Source: a virus (Duplodnaviria; Caudoviricetes). Taken from it: 64,000 nt of DNA. Position 1 is the stretch's first letter. Each line of letters opens with the position of its first letter. The notes beneath the pieces are model-generated. The model was not told where the DNA came from and searched no databases. It saw nothing but the letters and a program-made list of their open reading frames with translations. Of this stretch, positions 9,380 to 18,269 are shown in pieces. Where the stretch lies: positions 1 to 64,000 of the IMG/VR virus record IMGVR_UViG_3300020050_012045; one strand, written 5' to 3'. The position numbers and the translations under genes are program-made.

Positions 9380-10452
9380 GTGATTGCTCTACATTCAAAT
9401 TCAAACTGAAGTCATCTGGCAAGAGCCTAAAACCTCTTGCTGCTAAGGTGAACTACGTTTGGAACTACTGTAATCGAACTAGCTACACCGCTATCCGTCG
9501 TGATTATAAGTGGTTGAGCGGATTTGATTTGAGCAATTTGACAGCCGGATCTGCCAGAAATCTAAAACTTAACGCCCAGACGATTCAATCCGTCTGCACG
9601 CAATTTGTTCAATGCAGAAACCAAGCGAAGAAAGCCAAGCTTAAGCCTCGGTACGTCACGGGCAGGAACAGGAGCCTAAGCTGGATTCCGATGAAATTCG
9701 ATGGTTTCAAAATCACCAACGATTCCGTTAATTTCATGGGGAAATCTTACCGTTTCTACAAATCCCGTGAGATCGAAGGTGAAATTAAAACCGGGGCGTT
9801 CGTCCAGGACGCCGTAGGCGACTGGTGGCTAACAGTAACTTGCAAAATCGAGACGAAGTCAACCGGGAATCGTACGCCCGTAGGTATCGATCTTGGCTTC
9901 AAATCAATCGCTGTCACTTCTGAAGGTGAAGATTTTGTTAACCCTAAATTCACCCAGAAGTACGCTGACAAACTGGCTAATGCTCAGCGATACCGCCACA
10001 AAAAGGCGGTTACCCGACTTCATCGGAAAATTGCACGAAGTCGTGCTGATAACCTTCACAAAATTTCACGTCAACTGGTTGATAAATATGGAAAAATTTA
10101 TGTAGGAGACCTAAAACTCAAAGCTTCTAAATCATCGAACGATTCAAGTTACCGTGGTTTAATTCAAATGCTAACCTATAAAGCCAGTAGGCTTGGTCAG
10201 CAGGTTCATCTCGTACCCGAGATGGGCACCACAGTAACTTGCAGTTTTTGTCTGGAGAGGACTGGGCCGCAAGGCCAGAGTGGACTCTCTGTAAGAGAAT
10301 GGACTTGTGACGGTTGTGGACGAAGTCACCTGCGTGATCAAAACGCAGCTTGCAACATTCTCCGGTTGGGATTACAACTGCCTAAGACTTCGTGCCTGAC
10401 TACGGTTGGGTCGAATGAGGGGTTTACTGCGAATAATGGTGGAAAATCATGA
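9376..10452 (+). CDS. tnpB: TnpB-family RNA-guided endonuclease (IS200/IS605 OrfB) with non-canonical RuvC-II
   Basis: TFKFKL/VWNY N-terminus, RuvC-I GIDLG, NLHKISRQLV, IYVGDL (E to G), VPE..TTVTCSFC, WTCDGC, RuvC-III RDQNAACNI. Confidence 0.92.
   Translation: MSDCSTFKFKLKSSGKSLKPLAAKVNYVWNYCNRTSYTAIRRDYKWLSGFDLSNLTAGSARNLKLNAQTIQSVCTQFVQCRNQAKKAKLKPRYVTGRNRSLSWIPMKFDGFKITNDSVNFMGKSYRFYKSREIEGEIKTGAFVQDAVGDWWLTVTCKIETKSTGNRTPVGIDLGFKSIAVTSEGEDFVNPKFTQKYADKLANAQRYRHKKAVTRLHRKIARSRADNLHKISRQLVDKYGKIYVGDLKLKASKSSNDSSYRGLIQMLTYKASRLGQQVHLVPEMGTTVTCSFCLERTGPQGQSGLSVREWTCDGCGRSHLRDQNAACNILRLGLQLPKTSCLTTVGSNEGFTANNGGKS
10389..10440 (+). ncRNA. Candidate 3' end of TnpB omegaRNA (hairpin plus guide)
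   Basis: Hairpin TTCG-t-GCCTGAC-TACG-GTTGGGT-CGAA (10389-10415) at the 3' end of tnpB, where omegaRNAs lie; boundaries inferred. Confidence 0.4.
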
Positions 10453-10694
10453 GTGATTTGAATGTAACCGCCGATGACGTCAAAGATGCAATTGAGAACG
10501 ATCCGGATTTTATTGCCTTGGCCAGGTTCGATTGTTCCCTAGCTAAGTTCGTTGAGCGGTACCCTGACGGGGCTCCTTCTAACGTAATGATCGCTAAGGC
10601 GCTTTGTACCTCGGAAGAGGACGTAGAGAACATCTACCAGGAAGCTATGAAGTTCTTGAAAATCGCTTTCACTCAAGAAACGGACATTGACTGA
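10449..10694 (+). CDS. Stand-alone sigma region-4-like HTH protein
   Basis: SNVMIAKALCTSEEDVENIYQEAMKFLK resembles sigma 4.2 (T..EIA..LG.S.E.V..I...A..KLK). Confidence 0.6.
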   Translation: MSDLNVTADDVKDAIENDPDFIALARFDCSLAKFVERYPDGAPSNVMIAKALCTSEEDVENIYQEAMKFLKIAFTQETDID

Positions 10695-11100
10695 GATGTG
10701 GTGGCAGCCGATAAACCCTAGTCTTTCCGGGGCATCAACAGGCTGGGGTGCCACCGACGAGGGTGAACAAACGCCAGAGATGGCGTACTGGGACGTGCAC
10801 GACTGGACGGGGCATAAAATTGGCCGAGTGCCTGTTCCGAGTGAAGCTTTAGGTCCAAAGCTGGACGATCTGTGCATGATCCCGGGGTTTAAGGCTAGCT
10901 GGGCTAAGTACGTTCTCATGTACCGTCCTGAGACCAAGACATACGAAAATATCGACGGCACAGTGGAGTTTAGGCTGTTCCCGGCAGCAACCAAACCTAA
11001 GCTAGCGGCTGATTGGTGCAAGAAGTGTGAAATGCAGGGGCAGTTCGAGCGTACAACGCTTATGTGTCCTGGGTGCCGATGCGTGATTGGAGGATTCTAA
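10687..11100 (+). CDS. hypothetical protein with C-terminal Zn ribbon
   Basis: CKKC...CPGC at C-terminus; start may be ATG 10696. Confidence 0.65.
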   Translation: MTEMWWQPINPSLSGASTGWGATDEGEQTPEMAYWDVHDWTGHKIGRVPVPSEALGPKLDDLCMIPGFKASWAKYVLMYRPETKTYENIDGTVEFRLFPAATKPKLAADWCKKCEMQGQFERTTLMCPGCRCVIGGF

Positions 11101-11278
11101 GATGACGGTTGAGCAAGTGGTTATTGATTACAAACACTGGCAACGCATGACTGAGTTTGGCTCTGACACTAAGTTAGATTTCTGGCTTGATATCCTGTGG
11201 TCTGAATTGACGGATGAGCAGATTCAGGAAGTTCTGCTATTGCTTCATCCAAGCAAGAGTGCTACTGTCCAGGAATGA
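11087..11278 (+). CDS. small hypothetical protein
   Basis: Fills the gap; stop overlaps dnaE start (ATGA); start may be 11102. Confidence 0.55.
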   Translation: MEDSKMTVEQVVIDYKHWQRMTEFGSDTKLDFWLDILWSELTDEQIQEVLLLLHPSKSATVQE

Positions 11279-14200
11279 GTCTACGTAACTTTATTTCCCC
11301 ACATGTTCATCAGATGTCGTTCGATTCGGCGTCTACCCCTACAGAGTTTGCGGAAAAAGAGATTGAGCTTGGAACTGGTGCACTTGTGTGCACAGACCAC
11401 GGATTCATGGGAGCAAACTCTGAAGTCTACGATCTAGCCAAAAAGCACAAACTGACCCCGATCTTAGGGATCGAAGCGTACCTCAGAGACGACAATTGCC
11501 CCATTCTGGAAAAGCGTGGGATTGAAAAGGAGAAGGGCGGGTATTCACATTACTCCAAGTATTGCCATTTCTGCATGCATGCGATGGATGAGACCGCGCA
11601 CAACCAGCTGTCTATTCGATTATCAGACGCATTTTCGGATCGCGGCGAACGCCATGGTTCCGAGATTAAGCCAATTTGGACTTGGGCTGATGTAGAGCAT
11701 CTTGGTCAATACAACGTAACCGCCTCGGCGGGGTGCCTTATCGGAATCGCCAGCCGTCATCTGATGAACGGTCGAGCGGATATTGCCGAAGATTACTACA
11801 CCAAGATGCGCGGGTCCGTTAAGCCCGGGAACTTCATCGTAGAGATCTTCCCTCATGATTGCTCGACCTACTATGAAAAGGGCGTATTCCTTACGTTCTC
11901 TGATGGAACAAAAAGCAAGTACAGTACGACCAAAAAGCTGCGAATCAATTTAGACGGAAAAGAGCTGGAGTTGCCAGCAGCTGATTTTGACTCAGGATTT
12001 CATAAGTTCAAGACTCAACCAACTTTAATCGCCTATAAGCACTACCAAAAGTGGATCGATCTTGAGCCAAAGACAGTAACAGCGTGCCTCTCAATCGAGG
12101 GGTTTATTGAGAACCCATGTACTGAGTGGGCGGGAGGGACGGATTATCAAAGAGGTGCGAATCTCTTCATGATGCGTATGGCCGAAAAATACGGCGACAA
12201 GATACTCCTGTCTGACGATGCACACTTTACCGATCCGTCTCAGCATGAGATTCAAACTATGAAGCTGACGTCAAGCGGGGGAAACTGGAGGTTCCCTTTG
12301 TCGTACCATCGTCAAACTTCACAGGAAGCTTTTAATTTCCTTAGCAGCACACTAGGCATCTCCGAGAAGACGTTCGAGGGATGGGTTGACAACTCTTATG
12401 AGTTTCGGGACAAGTTTAAGGATTTCAAGTTTACTGACAAAATTCAGCTCCCAACATCTAGGTACCCCACAGATACCGTCGCTCATTTGAAGAAACTAAT
12501 TGAGAAGCACGGTCGGATGCGCTGGAACGATCCAGCATGGGTAGCTAGACTTAAACAAGAGATCACTCTTTTTCGAGACAATGGAAAGCAAGATCTGCTT
12601 CCGTATTTCTTTTTGGCCGAGGAATGCGTCTATCAATATGTGAAGCAAAGAAAACTACCTGGACCACTTCGTGGAAGCTCCGGTGGGTCCGCAATCGCAT
12701 TCCTTCTCGGGATCACTCATCTCGACCCTATCAAGCATAATCTGTCGATCGATCGCTTCATAACTTTAGATCGTATTCAATCAGACAAATGGCCAGACGT
12801 TGATATGGATTTTGGCGATCCAGACTTCTTTAAGCACCCAGAGACAGGGTGGCTTTTTACTGAGTTCGGGGAGCGTGCAGCCGCTATTGCCACCAAAACC
12901 ACCATGCGTCTGAAGTCGACAATCAAAGACGCAATGCGCTCAAGGTACGGAGAGGTTGCTTATGACATTCAAGTGCTGTGTAAGAATTTACCTGACCCGC
13001 CACAAGGCGTAACGGACGAAGATTTTCTGTGGGGGTACGTGTCAGAGGACGAAAAAGAGGTTAAAGGACTATGGGAAGAGTCAAAACCTTTAAGAGAGTT
13101 TGCTGAACGAGAACCCCAGGTCTGGGAGGTGGTTAAGAAAGCAATCGGCCTAACTAAGGGGTTTTCCCGTCATGCTTCTGCCTTTCTTGTCTCTGAGATC
13201 CCGATTAAAGAGTTCATTCCAACTATGGTTGTCAGTGGAGTGCGAACAACTCAATACAACATGACAGGAGTTGAGGCTCGCGGCGGCCTCAAGATGGACT
13301 TCCTTGGGCTTTCCACCTTGAATGACCTGGAAGATTGCATAAATTCAGTACAGGCTCGCACAACTGGACTGATTACTGAAGCTGCCACACTTGATGAAAT
13401 CAAAGTCCCCGCTCACTTCCTGGTTCCCTTCAAGAAGCAGCTTCACTCGATCTGGGATCTCCCTGAAGAGGTGGAGGTGTTCCGCGATTTATGTCGAGGC
13501 GATACAGAGACAGTATTTCAGCTATCCACTGCGAGTGCTATCAAGTGGCTGCGTGAGTTCAAGAACCCTTTAGAGGATGGAACTCCTGCCATCAACACAA
13601 AAGAGGGGATCGCAACTTTTACGGCACTCGACCGCCCTGGACCGCTAGACGCTTTTGTTCAGACTGACGACGAAAAACAGATCAACATGCTTCAGGAATA
13701 CGCTCGCAGAGCAAGAGGGATGGAGCCAACAGGCGAGATTAAGGCACTTTCCTCCTTGCTCAAGGAGTCTTTCGGCATTCTTATTTTTCAAGAAAGCTTG
13801 CAGCGGGTATATCAAGAGCTAACCGGGTGTGACGGAATCAAGGCAACAGAGTTCCGTACAAACATTGCAAAAAAGAAGATGGATAAGGTAGAAGCTGCAT
13901 ACCCGTTTTTCATGGAAAATGCCTCACCCAAAGTCGGACGCGCCGAAGCTGAGAAAATCTTCCAAAACCTTAAGGTTTTTGGAAGATATGGGTTTTGCCG
14001 GGCCCATGCACGCGGCTACGGTGAGATTGCTTACGCTTGCGCCTTCCTGAAACGCTTCTATCCGCTTGAATGGTGGACAGCAGTTTTGAAGAACGCCAAG
14101 AAGGACAAGATCATCGAGAAGTTGTGGTCACACGCAAGTCACATGGTGCTCCCACCAGATGTCCAGCTGTCTGGCGAGTTCTTCCAAATCGAAGGCACCA

Positions 14201-15237
14201 AGATTCGCGCTCCATTGTCCTTCCTCAAGGGCGTAGGCGAAAAAGCTCACGAAGAGCTTGTCAGAGGTCGCCCATACGCTGACTTCAAGGATTTTGCCGA
14301 CCGTACCCTTCAGACCAAGCTCAAGGGCGCTAAGCCTAAGCTGGAGGATGGCCAGCCGGTCATCGACAAGAAGACTGGCCTGGTCAAAATGGTGGCTGGA
14401 CGCTCAGCTGTCGGTCAAACGATGGTGTTTAAGCTGATTGCAGTTGGAGCTATGGATTCGTTATTTCCACCATCCACGCCTAACCAGAAAATGGAGATGT
14501 ACGCCCAGTACCTGGCTGAGATTACCGCCCCTAAAACTCGCAAGAAAGCGGTTGTGGCTAAAATTCCACCAGAGTGGAAGAACCTTGACCCACTGATTCA
14601 ATTTCAGGTGTCAAAGCAGATCCTACCAGTGCACCCTCAGTCACTGTCTGAAATCGTTCACGGCTACTCACACCTGCACCTAGAGCGCCGTGAGAAAGAC
14701 AAGCAGACCGCGTATATCCAGCACTTTAAGAATCAAGCGCTGGCTGATGCAATGCGTGCAGAATCCCTTGACTTAAAGCCAATTCGGCTATTAGATGGGA
14801 ATCAAGTTCGTTACTTTAACGATCAATTCCAGATCCCAGAAGGTTCCGGGCGGTGTTTATATGGAGTGTACGGGTATGTCCTCGCAGAACGTCGATTCAG
14901 TTTCCCCAAGAAAGCTCCCCGTGAAGAGCAAAAAGACGCGCTCAGTCTCACCTTTGATTCGTGTGGTGAAACGTTTGATATGGTTAAGTGGCCGGACAGG
15001 AAGACCGAGCAGCTTACTGCGCCATCCGAAGATTTAACTGGATCGGTTTGCTTTTTTGTGGTCTCTAGGTACACGAACAGCAAGCCAGCTGTCATTGAAA
15101 TGATTTATGTCCTGAAACCCAAATTGGAAAAGAGTAAAGATGAGTCAGACACAAACGGAAGCACTATCCCTGTTATTGAGTCAACTGAAGCAGGTTCGGA
15201 CGCTAGCGTCGACGGAGCTTCACAACTGGCCCCCTGA
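11275..15237 (+). CDS. dnaE: DNA polymerase III alpha subunit (family C)
   Basis: PHP (HVH..SFD, TDHG, GIEAY, SDDAH), RGSSGGS, PDVDMDF, HASA, KMDFLGLSTL, VFQL, RPGPL, IFQE, YGFCRAHA. Confidence 0.96.
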   Translation: MSLRNFISPHVHQMSFDSASTPTEFAEKEIELGTGALVCTDHGFMGANSEVYDLAKKHKLTPILGIEAYLRDDNCPILEKRGIEKEKGGYSHYSKYCHFCMHAMDETAHNQLSIRLSDAFSDRGERHGSEIKPIWTWADVEHLGQYNVTASAGCLIGIASRHLMNGRADIAEDYYTKMRGSVKPGNFIVEIFPHDCSTYYEKGVFLTFSDGTKSKYSTTKKLRINLDGKELELPAADFDSGFHKFKTQPTLIAYKHYQKWIDLEPKTVTACLSIEGFIENPCTEWAGGTDYQRGANLFMMRMAEKYGDKILLSDDAHFTDPSQHEIQTMKLTSSGGNWRFPLSYHRQTSQEAFNFLSSTLGISEKTFEGWVDNSYEFRDKFKDFKFTDKIQLPTSRYPTDTVAHLKKLIEKHGRMRWNDPAWVARLKQEITLFRDNGKQDLLPYFFLAEECVYQYVKQRKLPGPLRGSSGGSAIAFLLGITHLDPIKHNLSIDRFITLDRIQSDKWPDVDMDFGDPDFFKHPETGWLFTEFGERAAAIATKTTMRLKSTIKDAMRSRYGEVAYDIQVLCKNLPDPPQGVTDEDFLWGYVSEDEKEVKGLWEESKPLREFAEREPQVWEVVKKAIGLTKGFSRHASAFLVSEIPIKEFIPTMVVSGVRTTQYNMTGVEARGGLKMDFLGLSTLNDLEDCINSVQARTTGLITEAATLDEIKVPAHFLVPFKKQLHSIWDLPEEVEVFRDLCRGDTETVFQLSTASAIKWLREFKNPLEDGTPAINTKEGIATFTALDRPGPLDAFVQTDDEKQINMLQEYARRARGMEPTGEIKALSSLLKESFGILIFQESLQRVYQELTGCDGIKATEFRTNIAKKKMDKVEAAYPFFMENASPKVGRAEAEKIFQNLKVFGRYGFCRAHARGYGEIAYACAFLKRFYPLEWWTAVLKNAKKDKIIEKLWSHASHMVLPPDVQLSGEFFQIEGTKIRAPLSFLKGVGEKAHEELVRGRPYADFKDFADRTLQTKLKGAKPKLEDGQPVIDKKTGLVKMVAGRSAVGQTMVFKLIAVGAMDSLFPPSTPNQKMEMYAQYLAEITAPKTRKKAVVAKIPPEWKNLDPLIQFQVSKQILPVHPQSLSEIVHGYSHLHLERREKDKQTAYIQHFKNQALADAMRAESLDLKPIRLLDGNQVRYFNDQFQIPEGSGRCLYGVYGYVLAERRFSFPKKAPREEQKDALSLTFDSCGETFDMVKWPDRKTEQLTAPSEDLTGSVCFFVVSRYTNSKPAVIEMIYVLKPKLEKSKDESDTNGSTIPVIESTEAGSDASVDGASQLAP

Positions 15238-15940
15238 TAGCCGTCCAGGAATGGAGATGGCGGTCAATCAAGCCAAGGTGGAGATTGGTGGATTACTCAA
15301 GAAGTACCGCCAAATTATGGCCGATAACTCCGCTGTTGTGTTCGTTACTGGGAGCGACGCCGCTTGCGCTAAGCTCGAAGAGGAAGGCCGGATTCAGGGA
15401 ACTATCGTGATTGACGGCTCTGGATTGTTCCGTTCAATTGGCGAGAACATCTTGAGCAAGCTTGGGGATGAAAAGCGCCTGCTCCCAGGGCGAGTAATCG
15501 AGATCGAAGCTCAGCTTCACGAGGCGGCGAATTCGTTTGGATTCAATGCTTCATGGCTGCGAGTCGATACGGCGGCGTACAATACGCTCACCAAGACGCT
15601 TCCTGAGGTTACTAAGGTGGTTCGTGATACCGCTCGAATGTCGACTCCAGGGTACGTACCTCCGCTAGGTGACTTACTGGGAGTTTTGGCAGCACGAGAA
15701 ACATTCTTTACGGAGTGTGAGAAAGCAAGCTATGCTGAGCTGCCAGTTGCAGTTATGGTATCACGGCTTCAGCCAGAAGAACTCAAGGGCTTTCAAGAGA
15801 ATTTTATGCCAGGGCGTCCATTCACGGTGGTTGACGCTGGCAAGACCAAATCGGCTGAAAAGTCGCTAGTTGACGCGAGTAAAGAGCTTGCTAAAAAGCT
15901 CGGTTTAGACTCGAAACAAACCCAGAACGGGAAGGAATAA
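15140..15940 (+). CDS. hypothetical protein (replication cluster)
   Basis: 266-aa ORF between dnaE and SSB. Confidence 0.7.
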   Translation: MSQTQTEALSLLLSQLKQVRTLASTELHNWPPDSRPGMEMAVNQAKVEIGGLLKKYRQIMADNSAVVFVTGSDAACAKLEEEGRIQGTIVIDGSGLFRSIGENILSKLGDEKRLLPGRVIEIEAQLHEAANSFGFNASWLRVDTAAYNTLTKTLPEVTKVVRDTARMSTPGYVPPLGDLLGVLAARETFFTECEKASYAELPVAVMVSRLQPEELKGFQENFMPGRPFTVVDAGKTKSAEKSLVDASKELAKKLGLDSKQTQNGKE

Positions 15941-15941
15941 C

Positions 15942-16943
15942 ATGACAGTACAGATCGGTAAACCTCAGTTTCGTAATTCAGCGCCTCGTAACATTTTTAA
16001 GATCAAGGATGGGTCGAACCTGTTTCGCATCTTGCCTCCGATCGGAGCCCTGGCTGAAAAGGGCACTTGGGCGGTGTACGCCAAGATCCATTGGGGGGTA
16101 AAAACCTCTGATGGTAAGTACATGAATTTTTACTGCGTAGAGAAGAAGGACAACAAGACCAAGATGGTCACAGAGCGTTGTGCTTTGTGTGACGCAATCG
16201 CCGAAAAGAAGGTCGAGCGTGACGCCCAGGTCAAGAAGTTCACTGACCAGGGGCTTGGTCGTGAAGAGATCGTGGTAAAGACCAAGTTCTTGGAAGACTG
16301 GCTTCGCAAGTACAATTTAGAGACCAAGTGGAACGTAAATGTGATGAACCGCGAAGGTGAAGTTGGGCTGTTGAAGTTTGCTCACTCGTACTACAAGGAT
16401 TTGGAAATTCACATTGGTAACCTGATGTACCCAGAGAAGGGGCCAGACGGCAAGCCACGTAAGCCAGTTGATCCAATTGGTGCGGAAGACGGCGTTCTGT
16501 TTGACTTCCTGTACAAGGAAGGAAACCAGAAGACACGTGTTCAGAAAGTGAACATTGTCAAAGAACAACGTGACGTTGGTGGTGAAATCGTTGAGGTGAC
16601 CAAGCGTTTTCCGTTGACGGAGGCAATGATTACTAAGTTCATCGATGGTCATTATGACCTATCTAACCTGGCGCGCATTTTGACACCAAAAGAAATCGAA
16701 TCGATTGTCAGCTCGAAGTTTAGCACTGACGTTATCGACTCAATTTATACAGCTGGTCGGGCAGTTGCTAAGGCCCCAGAAGTGGCTAAGGTAGTCGAGG
16801 CTGAGGAAGAAGAGCCAACCGAGACCGTAGCTACTTTGCCGGTTGCTAAGATCCAGGTTGAGGAAGCTCCAGCTCCCCAAGCTGCTCCTATCTCGGCTGC
16901 TGCATCGTCCGATGACGACTTCTTCGCCCAATTCCAGAAATAA
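15942..16943 (+). CDS. Single-stranded DNA-binding protein (gp32-like)
   Basis: FRILPP motif, H..C..C..C Zn site, acidic/aromatic tail DDDFFAQFQK, adjacent to recA. Confidence 0.75.
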   Translation: MTVQIGKPQFRNSAPRNIFKIKDGSNLFRILPPIGALAEKGTWAVYAKIHWGVKTSDGKYMNFYCVEKKDNKTKMVTERCALCDAIAEKKVERDAQVKKFTDQGLGREEIVVKTKFLEDWLRKYNLETKWNVNVMNREGEVGLLKFAHSYYKDLEIHIGNLMYPEKGPDGKPRKPVDPIGAEDGVLFDFLYKEGNQKTRVQKVNIVKEQRDVGGEIVEVTKRFPLTEAMITKFIDGHYDLSNLARILTPKEIESIVSSKFSTDVIDSIYTAGRAVAKAPEVAKVVEAEEEEPTETVATLPVAKIQVEEAPAPQAAPISAAASSDDDFFAQFQK

Positions 16944-16998
16944 TCACTTTACAACTTAACGACTAAGTAAGAAGCTTACCTTCTAAGGAGACACGTGT

Positions 16999-18159
16999 AT
17001 GGCTGCCAACAAGTGGATGACTCGGCTACAGAAACACGAAACCGCACGCAAAATGGAGTACAATCCGTTTGCCCATGTGATTCGTTATAGTTCCCCGTAT
17101 TTGAACTGGGTGTTTGGTAATACTCACGGCATCCCGCTTGGGAAGAAAATTGCTGTATGGGGGCCAGATAAGGCAGGTAAGACAGCGACTTGCTATGACC
17201 TGATTGGAAACATTCACCGGGAAGATCCGGACGCTATCTGTGTACGATACGACACTGAAGTCCGCGATGACGTTCAGCTAACCCCGGCTATGGCGGCGGC
17301 GTTCGGAATCGATATGGATCGGTACATCTGCTATCTCGGGAATGAGCCTGAGAAGATTTTTGATCATATCAACAACGAAATCCGGGCAATGTGCCAAGAC
17401 GGCGCCCCTATTCGAGCCATCTTTATTGACTCGATTACTGGCATCATTGGCCGTCGAGCAATGAACGCTGAAGGTATCATGACCCAGCAAATTGGCGACG
17501 ATGCCAAGACACAAGCTGATGGCTTGAAGATGATTCTGGGCACGCTGCATCAGAATAAGATCGCATTGATTTTGACCGCTCAAGCTCGTGCCAACCTTGA
17601 CCCACAGACGGCTAAGTATGTTCCGTACAAGATGGCAGGGGCATGGTACCTGAAGCACTATGTTGAGTATACCCTGAAGCTTGAGCCAGCTGGCGGCGAG
17701 TTCAAGAACAAAACTCTGAGCGGCGCCGAACTAGTTGACGACTCGCTAACTGATGTTCTTGGTAAGTCTGATAAGATCGGTCACCGCATTCGTGCCACGA
17801 TGGAGAATTCATCCTGTGGTCCAAAGGGGCGTAAGGCAGAGTTTACGTTTAGCTATCGTGAAGGTGTCATTAACCGCCACGAAGAAGCGTTTCAGTTAGC
17901 CATTACTCGTGGCATCGTAGACCGCCCTAACAACACCACATATGTTATGCCTGACTTCCCCAAGGGCACTGGCAAGGATATGAGTTGGCGTGGGAAGGCG
18001 GTGTTCTTGAAAGCTGTTGAGGACAACACTGATCTGTATCAGCAGATTATCGAGCGAGTCCGTGAACAGGACATCGACCTTCAAGAGAAGGGGGCCAACA
18101 GTCGATTCTACATGCCTGAAGAGTCTGAAGGTTCGCCTGAACCGCTAACAGCCGATTGA
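16999..18159 (+). CDS. recA: RecA/UvsX-like recombinase
   Basis: Walker A GPDKAGKT, YDTE, IDSI, QARAN, AGA..LKH; SD AAGGAG. Confidence 0.9.
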   Translation: MAANKWMTRLQKHETARKMEYNPFAHVIRYSSPYLNWVFGNTHGIPLGKKIAVWGPDKAGKTATCYDLIGNIHREDPDAICVRYDTEVRDDVQLTPAMAAAFGIDMDRYICYLGNEPEKIFDHINNEIRAMCQDGAPIRAIFIDSITGIIGRRAMNAEGIMTQQIGDDAKTQADGLKMILGTLHQNKIALILTAQARANLDPQTAKYVPYKMAGAWYLKHYVEYTLKLEPAGGEFKNKTLSGAELVDDSLTDVLGKSDKIGHRIRATMENSSCGPKGRKAEFTFSYREGVINRHEEAFQLAITRGIVDRPNNTTYVMPDFPKGTGKDMSWRGKAVFLKAVEDNTDLYQQIIERVREQDIDLQEKGANSRFYMPEESEGSPEPLTAD

Positions 18160-18184
18160 CATCCCACTAGCCGTTTGTTACACT
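18156..18184 (+). promoter_or_regulatory. sigma70-like promoter
   Basis: TTGACA-N17-TACACT; predicted start about 18190. Confidence 0.75.
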
Positions 18185-18189
18185 GATAC

Positions 18190-18260
18190 CGGACGGTAGC
18201 TTAATACAAAGCCCCAGCATTGTAGTTGAGAGATGCTGGGAGTACGGCCAGCCCGTCTGC
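18190..18260 (+). tRNA. Degenerate tRNA-like RNA (possibly Thr-UGU-derived)
   Basis: Acceptor CGGACGG/CCGTCTG, U8-A9, D-stem GCTT/AAGC, imperfect anticodon arm with loop ATTGTA, T-stem GCTGG/CCAGC with non-canonical loop GAGTACGG, no CCA. Confidence 0.55.
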
Positions 18261-18269
18261 TTAGGTGCT

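Noticed and set aside
9376-10452. Cas12f/CRISPR system, or a confidently nuclease-dead TldR
   Set aside because: No repeat-spacer array seen; a compensating Glu and both Asp residues are present, so inactivity cannot be assumed
11860-12125. Mini-intein in DnaE
   Set aside because: No intein block A/B/G motifs and no terminal HN/GN/GQ followed by C/S/T
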